64,000 nt of DNA. Origin: Lepidodermella squamata (lineage: Eukaryota > Animalia > Gastrotricha). This document shows, one piece after another, positions 24,050 through 36,514 of the stretch (position 1 is the first letter of the stretch; the number at the start of each line of letters is the position of its first letter). The stretch lies in assembly GCA_047495785.1 (NCBI GenBank), contig JBLDXI010000003.1, forward strand, positions 3,410,001 to 3,474,000, read 5' to 3'. The notes beneath the pieces are model-generated. The model was not told the DNA's origin. It did no database searches and worked only from the letters and a program-made list of their open reading frames with translations. The translations under genes were made by a program, and so were the position numbers.

Positions 24050-24330
24050 AATCTCAAATTGTTTGTTATTATGCCTAACCGATAGACCTTCATATTACGT
24101 GAATTTTGCGCTATGAGCGATCAGTTAACGAATTATACTTCATCCTAAAGAGCCGATATCGATTCCAAGTATCGATTTTACAAATCAGTGATTTTGCCGA
24201 TATCAGCCGTCTTGGAACCCAACATCGATAATTTTTCTACCTAGCTTAGGGCACCATGTAGCTAAACTAAAAAATCTTAGGATCAGGGAGGGCATCAGTA
24301 TCGATCAAAAAACGAAAACGCTGAAATCGC
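24050..24330. repeat. Dispersed interspersed repeat family, representative copy; others at ~7630-7780, 19030-19200, 24965-25100, 28600-28830, 42790-42910, 44365-44410
   Basis: Shared core gatatcggaaaaatcactgatttt..aa.atcgatact.ggaatcgatatc in either orientation; boundaries approximate. Confidence 0.7.
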
Positions 24331-24450
24331 AAAGAATGTGAAACATTTAGCGCCCGTACCCAGGACGCTTAAATTTAGTGCTGGAGCCTCATATTCAGTG
24401 GTGGAAATATTTGGACCCAATTAATTTTTCAATAGCTTGGTTTTACTACA

Positions 24451-24911
24451 TACCGTATTTTACGAATTATAAGACCCTGCCCTGTATTTTTTTCAAACGA
24501 GGTTCAAGTCCTGCCCTGTATTTAGGGTCTGCCCTTTAATTCGGCTCTGCCCTTTATTTTTTCGAACCTAATCAGTCACCTGAACAGTACCTAGATCGCC
24601 AGTTAAAACAGCCGAATAACCACTATAGCTACTGCCTTCCACCAACTTCCACCTGTGACTACACGCGTGAAGTGTGTGCTCAAATGGATTAGGGTGGATA
24701 AAGGACGATTAGTGCACTTACTGACGAGAAATCGCAACCTATCCAACTTTAACCACTTACCCAGCAGGCGCCCATGTAAGCCACTTCATACAAGGCCCTG
24801 CCTATTAATAAGGTTCTGCCCTTTATTATTTCAAATGACCATTACCCTCTGCCCTTTATTCCGGTTCTGCCCTATAATTGGGTCCTGCCTAATAATTCGT
24901 AAAATACGGTA
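24451..24911. mobile_element. Tc1/mariner-pogo-type MITE
   Basis: Perfect terminal inverted repeat TACCGTATTTTACGAATTA / TAATTCGTAAAATACGGTA (TA TSD plus CCGT end); multiple subterminal ctgccct motifs; no coding capacity. Confidence 0.8.
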
Positions 24912-25400
24912 ATTCATTTACCATATAATTTAAGTAAGCTTATTTTCGAAGCTGGCTTTTTGGACTTCTGATATCGGAAAAATCACTGATTTTTTAAATC
25001 AATATTAGGAATCGATATCGGCTCTGTAAGCTAAGGTTGAGCTCGTAAGCAGACTACTGCGATTGGGCAAAGAAATCCCAACAGTGAGATTTATCGGTTG
25101 GGAATCATCGTCAAAGAATTGAGGTTTTTGGCAACATGGAAACCCGAAATCACTGCTGGAACCGAGGTGTTAATTTGGCACACCTTTTCTGAATCCCGTG
25201 AATGTGATAGGAAAACGAGGAATAGAAATGCACGCGAATACCGTTTTATTCCTTAAAATAGGTCCGGTCATCATAGGCAATTATAGTATTTATAGCAATA
25301 AATTTGAAAATCAATCACACATTGTATACGTTGTCAGATAAATTTGCTAATTTAATAATTGATCAATAAATAATAATAAAGATGTAGAGTGTCATTGCTT

Positions 25401-26197
25401 TCAATCGGAGTTGTCGCTCGAGTTGTCAGAGTGCTTGGCTTGCTTCTTGCGGTGACCGCTTTCGGAGCTCGACTTCTTGGGGTGGGCCTTCTTGGCGGGG
25501 AACTTCTTGCCGCCATGGTTGTAGTGCTTGCGGCCCTTAGGAACAACAATGTCGCGGCCGATCTTCTTGCCGAAGTTGATCTTCTTGTGGTGAACCGGCT
25601 TCTTCTTGATCTGCTTGCTCTCGCTGCTCTTGCTGCTGCGGCTGCTGCGGCTGCTCTTGCTGGCGACCTTGACAGGGCGGCGGTGGACCTTCTTCGGCTT
25701 CTCAATGCTGATGCTAGGGATGCTGGCGACCTTGATCGGGTGGTGGGGCTTCTTCGGCTTCTCAGCGCTGTGGCTCGCCTTCTTGTGCGGGCGGCCGTCG
25801 TTGCCGCGGATCAGGACGCGGAACAACCGGCGGAGGATGGTCCACGCCTTCTTGCCGTTCGCCTCGTTGTACTCCTTCAGCATAGGGCTGCCGCACTTCG
25901 GAGGCTGGGGCTTCTGGTGGTGCTTCTTATCCTTCTTGAACGGGCAGTTCTTCTTCTTCTTGTCGCATTCCGGCTTCTGGTGCTCCTTGGACTTGGAGTT
26001 CGCCTCAGGTTGGGGGTCATCAACAACGATTTCGTCCTTGGGAGGGTCGGCCAATTGCTCGTCACTGCACGGCTTTTCGTGGTTAGCAGCGACAGCTTAG
26101 GAAAAAAATTAAAAAATTATTAAGCTGGATTTTTCTATTTGATTTTACCAGCGATCAAGAAACCAAAAACGGCAATGGCGAGGAAAGAAAGACGCAT
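25401..26197 (-). CDS. Secreted Lys/His/Pro-rich basic protein, ~247 aa (exons 26197-26149, 26095-25401)
   Basis: MRLSFLAIAVFGFLIA G|gtaaaa ... cctaag|CT GTC GCT GCT, in frame with track ORF 25401-26054. Four Cys in the N-terminal half; SKSSRSSRSSKSS tract. Confidence 0.85.
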
Positions 26198-27365
26198 TTT
26201 AATTTGTATCGCGGAGATAGGTGAAAAACGTTAAAATCGATAACGTTGATAGATGAATATGAATGAAGTGAACGGTGCTGCTGAACTTGTTGTTTTTCAC
26301 TCGTTTATAAACAGGCCGTCGTCGGCGCGTGAACGATTACTGCGGCAAAAAAGTGTTGCGTAATGCGTTTTGCCGCCAAATCGCGCGTGCACGTCGCGAT
26401 CACGGGGCAGCTTCCTTGTAGTAGTGTGAAAGAGCACCAACGCGTGCGCTTACATTAAGGGCACAAGTCTATTTATGAATCAATCACCTGGTCGTCTGCC
26501 ACACATAATTTAGCCGTAAAATGAGAGCGCTTGCCATTCACAGATTTACAACTCACAGGCCACTAGAAAATAGAACAGTACCTAATTAAGATCAAGAAAT
26601 TCAGAAATTTAGAAATTTAAAATGAAAAATTCGCGTCGCTGCCTTCACGAGTTGACCGAATGCTGAAGCTAAGGCTTGAACAAAATAATCACCTGAACTC
26701 TTCGAAGGTTTCATTTTCCATCGAAGCGAAAAGCTTTACTTAATTTTCCGATCCATTCCATACGAGAAATAACCAAACCATCAATTTCGGTAAAAAAATG
26801 GAAGACAATCTTAGTAAAGCTTAAATTTTCGCGCCATGTTTGAAAGTAATGGCATAGACATTTTTTAAAAAGATGGCAAAGATGGCGGATGCGGGCGCGG
26901 GAAGTTGAAACGTAATAAATGAACTTCCGAGGCTTCCGGGATTGAATAAAACAATCTCGACTTGCTTGGGATGGTGAAATCCTGCTGAAGTGTTAAAATG
27001 AAACCATCAACCTCGGAATTCGATGAAAATTCTTCCATGATGCGCGAAATTAATCAAACTCTCAATCGAATTAATTTGTTTTGCTGTCCGATCGGCAATT
27101 CCGAAATTCCTCGTTGAATATACTGATGATTAGACCATACAAAAAAGACATCTCCCATACGACAATTCTGAATGAATTTATTCATATTATTTTCGATATA
27201 CAGATTTTTAATTAATAGCAATCTTTCCGTTAATCTTTCATGTTAAATAAATGATGCAGCGGTAAATAATGATCATAACATTTCGAATGTAGGTCACGCA
27301 TTTGACCTCAATGCGCACGCAATAAATTATCAAATAATATCGATATAATTAACACATCAGTTGAT

Positions 27366-30300
27366 TTAATGACGACGGTGGTACTTGCGAACGTGTTCCT
27401 TGAGCTGATCAGCGGCCTGGGCGTGTTCGAGGACGCGCAAAAACTCGCGCATCGGAACAACGCGATCGCGGTGATGGCGAGTTTCATCCTCGGAATCACG
27501 CGGCGGGATTTGCGCCAACATTTCCAGCAACGCGCGCTCCTCCAACTCGCGAAGGGTTCGTTTCGCCTCGTCCTCGTTGTTCTCGTCCAGGTACTCGGCG
27601 TTGTTGTCGCCATCACCGCTGTGATGCAACTGGAAACCGTGATGGCCAACTGATTTCATGTCGGTCTTCTCCTGAGACTGCTGTTGACGTTTCATCGCGG
27701 CGAAATGGCGCCTAACGTTTTCGCGCTGCTCCTCGGAAAGAGTCTTCATCTTCTTTTCTTCGTGATTTTTCACCTCTTTCGACTCGTTTTTCTTAGCCTT
27801 GGGTTCGCCGATGTGCTTCGATTTCTTTTCGGTCTTCTCCTCTTCAGGATTCTGTTGCTTCTTCTCCTGCTTTTCAGCCTTAGCCGCGAGCCTTTTGACC
27901 TTTTTGACCTTTTTCTCCCCAGATTCGGCGGCTTCATGAGACTCCGCTTTCTTGGCTTCAGGCTTCTTGACGGCTTTTTTCGGCTTTTCCTCTTCAGATT
28001 GCTTCTTCTCCTCCTCTTCATTTTCCTCGTGTTTCAAAGCTTTCTGAACTTTCTGGATCTTTCGGGTCGGCTTGGGCTGTTGTTCCTTTTCCTCTTCGGA
28101 GACTTCCACCGCTTTCTTGACCTGCTTTTTGACAGCGGTTTTCGGTTTCTTGACATGTTTCTTCACCTTGACGACCTTCTCCTCGCTTTCCTCAACGTCT
28201 TCCTCCTGGCGACGAACAGTTGGCTCTTCGTCATTCTCCTGTTCTTCCTCCTCGTTGATCGTCTGCAAGTGCTTCGACGATTTTTCGATCATTTTCACGT
28301 CGACCAGCCGATCGCCGACGTACGTGTTGCCGCGGATTTCCAACGGTTCGTGATTGACGATTTCAAGCTTGACCTGCTTCAGCATCTCGTCGCTGTTCGG
28401 GTGCACGTGATCGTCCTCTTCTTCCGGAATCGCTTCCATGCGGACCGGCTCCTCGTGACTATCGAAAAAAAAAATTAATTAATCGAATTTTGTTGAATTC
28501 AATAGAATTCAATATTGTTGAATTCAATAGAATTCAATATTGTTGAATTCAATAGATATGTTTCAATAGAGAAGCGATTTCGACATTTTCTTTTCATGAT
28601 CGATACTGATGCCTGGCATCTTATATTTTAGCTTCTTGGTACCCTAAGCTATGAAGAAAAATTATCGATTTTGGGTTCAAAGACATTTGATATCGGAAAA
28701 ATCACTGATTTTTAAGATCGATACTGGGAATCGATATCAGTTCTTCAAGCTGAAGTAATACTCGTAAACTGACCACCCAGAGCGCAAAATATGCGTAATA
28801 TCGAGGTCTATCGGTTAGGCATGAAAAGAAAAAATTGAGAATATAGAAGAATTGAACTTATAGAATTTCTGATAAAATTATGAAAATTCTAACAAATCTT
28901 CGCAATTTTCTGACGAATATTTCTATTTTTAAATTAAATTAAATTAAATTTTTCTATTTTTAAATTCGAAAAAGGACAGTTCTACACTGTTTCAGTTCGA
29001 ACAATTTGAAATATGGTTCTACACAAAGATATTTTGATTGATTTTCGTATTTTAACTTCGGCTTACTCGCGGCGCTGTTGGCGGTACTGCGAAAAATAAA
29101 CATTTTGACGCGGTGATTTCGCCGGGACCCGTTCGTAGACAATCTCAGGCTGTTCCAGGTAGACCGGGGTCTGGCGGCTTCGGACCGGCTTGCTCTCTTC
29201 AATCGGACTCTCGGCATATTGGCGGCGAGGAACTGGCTTCTCTTCATAAACTTCGACAGGCTTTTGCAGGTAACGGCGGGGCAGCTTCTTTTCGAAGTTC
29301 TCCGGGTTGTAGAACTGCTGATGAAGCGGCTGTTGCTGTTGTTGAGCTTGATCGGCGAATAATTCAGCCTGGCGGGTTCGGATTGGCTTCATAACAACCT
29401 GTTGGCGATTTTCAGCCTCGTAAAACGGCTGGCGGTTCATTTTCTCCTCGACCACAATTTCAGGCTGTTGCTGCGGCTGCTCGACCAAAACCTGGCGAAC
29501 TTGCATTTTCCGGCTCGGTTCAACCGGCTGTTGGCGAGCTTCGAACTGAGTGTTATCCTCATAAATCGGCTGCTGACGGTTCGACTTGTCATCGATAACC
29601 ATTTCATACTGTTGTTGAGGCTTTTGTTCGGCCAGCTTTTGATCAGCCATAACTTGAGCATTATTAGCGACCTGTTGTTGCTGTTGCTGTTGGAGCTGAC
29701 CGGCCGATTTCTCATTTCGAAGCTCAGCGTTGAAAATCTGCTGCAAGGTCGGCTTTTGCTTCAACAAATCAGCCAGGTTCGATTGACGCGGCTTGTCACC
29801 GAAAATTTCCGGGTGCGACAGCCGGGTTTGGGCCAAAAATTGACGAACCTGCTCGCGGCGCAAATTCTCCTCAGCACTGTCGCGAACAGCTTTCCTCGAC
29901 AAAACCCGCGGGTCGTTGACAGCAATTTGTTGCTGCTGCTGGGCTGGTTGAACCTTACGAACAGTAAACGTAACCGGGCCTTGTTGGGTATTTCGAAGGA
30001 CAGGCTGGTTAACAGCAATCGGTTGGCGCGATTTCGGGACTTGCTGATATTTGACCTGGTTCTGGACAACAGTGACCGGCGCGTTTTGTTGCGGCTTAGC
30101 AGCAACCTGAGGTTGAACCTTAGCCTGCTGGCCACCTTCCAACTGCTTGGCCTGTTGAACTAACTGATTCTTCCGTTGTTCATCGCCTGACACCTCGCCG
30201 TTCTTCTTCTTCTTAATCACCTTGGTAAGGGTTGTTTTAATCTCAACCGAATTGCCGCCCGTTTCCTTCAGCGTTTTAGTTTTCATCGTCTTGATTTCGA

Positions 30301-30670
30301 AAGAACCAGACTGACCGGCCTCTTGATAGGCGTTGCGGATCGATTCGAGAGACATACCACTCATGCCGTCGTCTTCCTCCTCGACCTCTTCGTCGTCGGT
30401 TTTCGGCTGGTCGGCATTTTCTCCTTCATTTTCTTGCTTTTGCTTTTCCTCCTGCTGCTGTTTTTGTTTCTGTTCTTCCTGAGCTTCTTTCGCCTTTGCT
30501 TGAGCCGCTTCAGCCGATCCTTCGTAATCAGCCTTCTTCTGCTTCTTTTGCGACGAGGCTAGGCCTAGAAACAAAGATCAAAATTTAATAAAATTTCTGA
30601 AATTTTTTAATTAAAACTTACTCAGGCAAACAGCACTGGCTAAAATTAAGGCGATAAGTAATAATCGCAT
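27366..30670 (-). CDS. Secreted 879 aa protein, Gln-rich then Glu/Lys-rich (exons 30670-30622, 30564-29067, 28458-27366); joins two track ORFs
   Basis: Signal exon MRLLLIALILASAVCL A|gtaag. The apparent stop of ORF 29063-30574 (GAG TAA) is a phase-2 donor GA|gtaag that matches acceptor ttcgatag|T CAC GAG of ORF 27366-28439. Total 2640 nt, divisible by 3. Confidence 0.8.
28490..28556. repeat. Short intronic tandem repeat (25-nt unit ttgttgaattcaatagaattcaata, ~2.6 copies)
   Basis: Directly visible; each unit contains the palindrome ttgaattcaa. Confidence 0.7.
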
Positions 30671-30819
30671 TTGCGGCAATAAAATCCTAAATAATAAAAA
30701 AAAATTCCCAGGTCAGTAACAAATTATCAAATGTCTTACAAAATTATCCTGAAATTTAGCTAAAAAAGATGAAAATCTTCAATGAAAATTAGAGTGGGTG
30801 AAAAATCATTTTTACGGCG

Positions 30820-30912
30820 GGCACGTGATATTACGCAATGCCATTTCCAACCTGATGAAAAAAGAACACGCGTGCTAGTCGCGCGCCAAACGGTAATTAT
30901 TAGCCACGCGAC
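30820..30912 (-). promoter_or_regulatory. Putative promoter module of the 30670 gene: CACGTG, TTACGCAA, CACGCGTG, CACGCG
   Basis: cacgtg 30822, ttacgcaa 30831, cacgcgtg 30867, cacgcg ~30905. Confidence 0.55.
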
Positions 30913-31304
30913 CTATATAGGCGCCTCGAATGTAATTTTGACACAATTACCTTGCCAAATATACCGAACTAAATTTTACTAAAATTAACTAAAATTAACA
31001 ATTGAAAATAATATAACCTCATTACGTAATAGTAATTAGGTTGGATGTGATTAATTTATTAATTTGCCGTATTTTTTAAAAGGGCTAGATGAGTGTGCTT
31101 GAAGGTTCAAATCGGATTGAAAATTGACCCCTTCGTTTTAGTTTTTTTCGATGAAAAAATCAGATTCAGAAAATCATTGGGTTTATTTTTGAATAATACG
31201 CTGACAATATTTCGCGAGCATGATAATATAATTTGGATTTAATAATAAATTAACTCTGATAAAATAATTAAATTAAATGAGGTTGAATAAGCGAATTTCC
31301 AGGT

Positions 31305-32102
31305 TTAAGGCTGGGCTGGTTTCTTCCACCACGATGGCCAATGGGGCGGAATGAAAATCGCCGGGGAAGTAGTCGAGCCGAGTTCGGGAGTCGCCATAGT
31401 CGTGGTTGTTGTAGTCGTTGAATCCAACTGCTCGAAATTGAATAGATTCCCAGCTTCAATCTGAACTTCATTGCCTTCAGCTGGTTGTTCGGGTGTCAAC
31501 GCATCACCACCAAAAGACGGAGAAAAGACAGCTTTCAGCATAACAGGCTCAGGCTCGGTTTCATCGGTCGGTTGTGGCAATGGTATAAACCCATCGCCAC
31601 TGAAAGAAGGAGAACCAGGTGCTTTCAGCACAGGCCCAGGCTCGGTTTCATCGGCGGTTTGGGGAGATAGGCCATTTTCGTTGACAGTTGACCAGAGTCT
31701 CGGGCCAGAATCGGCGTTATCATCACCTCGAATTCTCTTCACAACTTCACTCTTCCGCGGGTAGTCTGATTTTCTCAGTTCTTCCGAGCAATAGCCAGGC
31801 TTGATGCCATTCGACGAGTCGTCTTCGCCGCCGATTTTTTTCAGCAATTTGTAAATATTGCGGCGAACGACCCTTTCCTCGCGAACAACCAGCGGCTCGT
31901 CATCGCCGGTTTCAGGGTGGAATCGCTGAACTTCAATTGTTCGCTGGATGATCGATTGCGAGTTGTCTTTATCGTGGCTCTCGTCCGAGTCGTACTTGAC
32001 GAAGTCGAATGAGATATCGCCGGATTTTTGGCCCACGTGTTTGCATTGGCAATTACTGGCCAGTAGTATGACAGCTAAGGCAATCTTCCAAGTGAACAGC
32101 AT
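31305..32102 (-). CDS. Secreted acidic Pro/Thr-rich protein, 265 aa, single coding exon
   Basis: Signal peptide MLFTWKIALAVILLASNCQC; internal duplication (PQTADETEPGPVLKAPGSPSFSGDG / PQPTDETEPEPVMLKAVFSPSFGGDA); poly-Thr; Trp-rich C-terminus PPHWPSWWKKP. CGCGTG boxes upstream (~32266, ~32313). Confidence 0.8.
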   Translation of the reverse strand: MLFTWKIALAVILLASNCQCKHVGQKSGDISFDFVKYDSDESHDKDNSQSIIQRTIEVQRFHPETGDDEPLVVREERVVRRNIYKLLKKIGGEDDSSNGIKPGYCSEELRKSDYPRKSEVVKRIRGDDNADSGPRLWSTVNENGLSPQTADETEPGPVLKAPGSPSFSGDGFIPLPQPTDETEPEPVMLKAVFSPSFGGDALTPEQPAEGNEVQIEAGNLFNFEQLDSTTTTTTTMATPELGSTTSPAIFIPPHWPSWWKKPAQP

Positions 32103-33170
32103 GACTAAAACACAGACCTAGAAAAATAATTCACGTTATTTTTACTGACTAATTCAATTAAAATGAAGCAAAAGCAAACAATGTTCAAGAGTACAATTGA
32201 TAGCAATGACTCGGTTATAGGTATTGCAGCTTCAGGGTTTATAGGTATCACATGTGTTGAAAAGTCGCGTGGAAAGCCTCCAAAATGGTGTCAATAATTT
32301 GTAGAAAACAGCGCGTGCTTTTTTGGAGTCTGACTCGGTTTGGGTCCACACCTGTTTCCCAAAATTGATAGCACAAGCAGACAATAAACAGGACGACATT
32401 TATTTGCTTAAAAAATAACATACATCTGCTGGTTAAAACCTTTTCATGGCGGGATTTTTCCAACTCAGCAAAAAAATGGAATTTTTGAAGAGGAGAAAAC
32501 GGCACCGTATCCTGGACAAGGGACAGATGCGCGTATTTCCGTTTCTGATTAAACTGAAACTTTCAATCCCGCCAGTTTTAAAAATGCCTATAGACTAATC
32601 TGATGACTTATTTGAATTCAAGTTTGAGTTCATTTGAAATCGTCAACAAGGCTACTGTTTCGTCAGTTTTTGAGAAAATTGAGACGACAAAATTGGAAGT
32701 CGATTGGACCCTGTCCGACACACCTGTGAAGTGAAATAGACAAAAAATAGCATAGGTCATAGGTATACTTTTCTTATCTATCTGTTTGAATTTGAAAAAT
32801 TATTCAAAATTATTTGATTCCGAGAAGGGACAAGGTATACATAACAAGGTGATATATCAGTTCAGATTTTTCAAGAATTTGTTGATTGTTTGTTCTATTT
32901 AATTATTTCAGATGAAAGGAAGTCAAAAAATGTTAAACTCGAAATAACAGCATACGGCGTAGCAGCGCAAGCGACAAAACAGCCGTTAAATGATCTCAAA
33001 TCAACTCAGTTGTACCCAGTTGTACCGAAATTCTTCCGATTTGTTATTTCCAATTTCCATAGACAAGAGTCCCGAAAAAAATTCTCCGGGGGTTTTCGCT
33101 ATTGATTCAAAATATCCCAAAACACCCTAAACAGTGTCGGTAGAAAACCCTGAAAAATAAGCACAAACAC

Positions 33171-33709
33171 TATGTATAAATAAGACCCTAGGGAAGGCTG
33201 GTTTCGAGGAAAAACTCACATAATAAGGCGAGGCGAAGCCGAGTCTTATTATGCGATTTTTCCGAGGAACTAGCCGTACCGTGGGCCTTATTAGACATAT
33301 TACTCAAGGCGAAGCGTTCACCGTTCCCGATAAAACTGCAATTTAAATGGAAAAATGTGACATAATAGGTGATTTTCTGGTGTGAAATTCGACTTTAAAA
33401 AATCAACCTTAAAACTGTACGATGAAAACGGCATTTTTGAACGAATTTCATGCTGAAACAAGAAAGGTGATCTCGCTTCGCTCGAAGAGTTTCAAATGCT
33501 TTGTCTCGCTTCGCTCGATGAAATCAGCGTCCCCTCGCTTTGCTCGGGCGAAAACCTTGCCCCGTGATGCTCGCTGCGCTCGCGTTTCACGGCGGGGCAA
33601 GGTTTTCGCACCTTCGGTGCTCACTGTAAAAATGAAAAAATCCCCCTTAAATAAGCGGTTTCTTATTATGTTATTATGTTATTATGTAAGCTTCGCCTAG
33701 AGTAATATG
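33171..33709. mobile_element. Hairpin-rich non-autonomous element (GCGAAGC mini-hairpins; 20-bp inverted repeats at 33296-33315 and 33690-33709)
   Basis: Imperfect ~130-nt palindrome centred on GGCGAAGCC (33232-33240). catattactcaaggcgaagc and gcttcgcctagagtaatatg are reverse complements with 1 mismatch. Internal tcgcttcgctcg motifs and a (ttatg)n tract. Confidence 0.65.
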
Positions 33710-34217
33710 CAATACATTAAACTTTGACCTTGGAAGCCTCCGACATTTTTTATTGCTTTCTGGCTATCTTTCAAAGTTTTTACCGGCATTGTTCAGGTTA
33801 TTTCCGGATATTTCAAATTAATCTTAGTGAAAACACCTGTTTTTTTCTTTCGAATGTTCGTTGGGGTTATATGTAAGCAAGATCTCAAACGGCCCTGAGA
33901 AATTTCGTTTTTACCTTCCAAATGGGAAACACTCTGTATTGGCATACTTTCCTTTTTCGCATTCAACAAAAACCCGAAAAAATATCGGAGTGTCTCTTTT
34001 TTATTAATTTTTCATAATATAAATCGATCGGATATAGGAACTCAGCATGCATTTTCGAATATAGGATGTCAATAGTAAATAGTGTATTAGTAGCAGACTG
34101 AAATCTTGCATATTCATCGTATAATATTTACATTTTTCGATAAGCAATACTCATTTTCGATACAATAATTTGTGCGATTAGGCAATCTGATTAAAATTAA
34201 ATTTATTGTAATAAGAT

Positions 34218-36053
34218 TCAGATGTAAATTTTAGTGCCAACCGGCGCCACGTGCCGCTTCTTGACCAGATGATGAGGCTTTTCGTTTTGAGCCAACTTGA
34301 CTTTGCGCAGTTTTCGGAACATTTTCCCAAGATTCTTAATCGCCCGAAATTGATTGAGGTCTATTCGAGAATCTGACTTGTGGTGATGGTGCTTCTTCTC
34401 ACCAGTACCGTGACGCTGAACGATAGGCTTAACCTCAACAGGTGGTTCCGCATCATCAGTTACCGGAACTTTCTTGGCCCTTCTAGATTTCCAAGAATTT
34501 TGCAAGGTTGGAGGTGCTGGGGTCGCCGTTGTCGTAGTTGTAGTTGAAGTCGTAGTTGTTGTTTCTTCAACAGGAGTTGGGGTGGTATCAGCAATACTCG
34601 ACTCACCTTCGTGCGACGAGAAGACGTTCACGACGATAGCCGGTGGCTTCTCTGCCTCAGCCTCAGATGACTTCGGCTTCACAACTTCCGGATTATTTTC
34701 TGGTTTTGGCGGGTGTTTTCTGGCGACCTTTTTCTTCTCAGATTTTCGCTCATTATTGCCGCCTGAATTTGAGAAGATTTTCTTAGATTTAATAACTTCA
34801 ATCTGGCCAGATCCTTTCAACTCTTTCGGCGGGATGTCCTTCTCGTTGTAAAATCGCTTCGATTTAATGAGTTTCAACTCGTAAGACACGCCGTTTGAAG
34901 CCTTGTAGTGTTTCGATTTTATCTTTTTGAACTCGACAGCGGCTGGGGGGTTCCGACCATCATCTCGCCACTTTGTCTCCTCTTCGTCGACATTATCCGG
35001 CCCACGGGTGATTAAGCTGGGTTCAGAGGTGACTGCGGTTGCTGACGGCGTAATCGCTGTTACTGCAATGGCTGTTGCTGTTGGTGTGGCTTGAGATGGA
35101 TCCACTCCACTTTGCTGACTCAATTCAAAATCGCCGGAATGTCCATTACGTGATGCGTAATTGTGCCTCCTCGATCGATGTGCACTGGAGACTGCCGATA
35201 AACAAAAAAATATATTAAAAAAAATGAGAGAGAAATTCGAACATGATTACCGCAAGTTTGGGCAATTTCGGATAAAACCATGTTTTTCGGGGTTTCAAAA
35301 TCAGTCTCAATTCAGTCTCAAAATTTATAATATTTGAGGCAAACATGTTTAGGTTAATTTCAGATTTACCTGCAAATTTTTGTGATTTTACGATTTTAGC
35401 CTGATTTTTGGTGATCGAAAACATGTTTGCATCAAATTTGAATAAATTTCGACTCTCATTTGCATGTAGAATGGCATTGAGAGTTTTCAGTTTTTATTGA
35501 CCCTCAAATTTCGGAAAAAATTATGAATAGGTGGTGCATCAACTAATTTTCAAAAATAATGGGAAAAATACCCGCGTTTAAATTAAGTCCGTAATCACCC
35601 GATTTTCACCTGCCAAATGAAGTTACAGCTTATGACTTATGAAATTTCTTAAAAATAAAATCTTGCTCCAATAATCCCGAGAATTGCGGCATTCGAAAGC
35701 TCAATAGAAGGGCAATTTATGCCTCAAACCTGGTGTTTTTATCACACGGGATTGCAAAGCTTTTCGCCTATAAAGACGAAGTTTCCAAAGTTACCCTGTC
35801 CAAAATTTTCTTGCGCTCCGGTAGAATATAGTTTATTTTGTTTTTTTTGATAACTAATGACTGATCCTGAAATTTACAAATGACTTGAAAATGGCAACTT
35901 GCCAGGTAAAATCAAAATACAAGATTAATAGCTACTGCTTGAATGCAGAAAAATCTGAGATGCCGGAAACCGGTGGTATAAAAATTATTTATTAGAGTGA
36001 AACATACCGATTGCTAGGCTTGCGATTATAGCTAGAACCAATAGTGGCCGCAT
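34218..36053 (-). CDS. Secreted Thr/Lys/Pro-rich protein, 339 aa (exons 36053-36008, 35191-34218)
   Basis: MRPLLVLAIIASLAI G|gtatgt ... cggcag|TC TCC AGT GCA, in frame with ORF 34218-35123. Three KxIKSK(H/R/K)-aromatic motifs, poly-Thr, HHHH and a basic amphipathic C-terminal segment. Confidence 0.85.
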
Positions 36054-36514
36054 TTACGATAATTGCCCTGCAATATCAGAAGAGATGGTGCAACATCTAC
36101 GACGAAAAAGGTCAACAACGCGATAAAATAATTATTTGAATGAAGGTGTATAGCTAGTGTGAATTTTTCATGAATGGAAACATATCGGTGTCAAGCCAAT
36201 AACAAGTTACGTTTTAGAAAATAGTCGCGTGCCGTGTCGCACGTGATTAAATAAATGTTTCGAAAACATGAAGACGTTTACCATGCGTTTACCTCAAACT
36301 GTTATTTTCAAGATGACGAAAACAATAACAAAATGTACGTGTAAAAAATCTCAACAAGAAAAGCACAACATTTGACCAAAATTATTTCCGGATTTATTGG
36401 AATCCAAGTTGGAATGACATTTTTCAGACGAAAATCGCCAGATCGAGAAAATAAATAAATTAAAGATTAAATACACAGAAAAATCAAAGGCTTTATCATT
36501 CAAGACTCGTCAAT

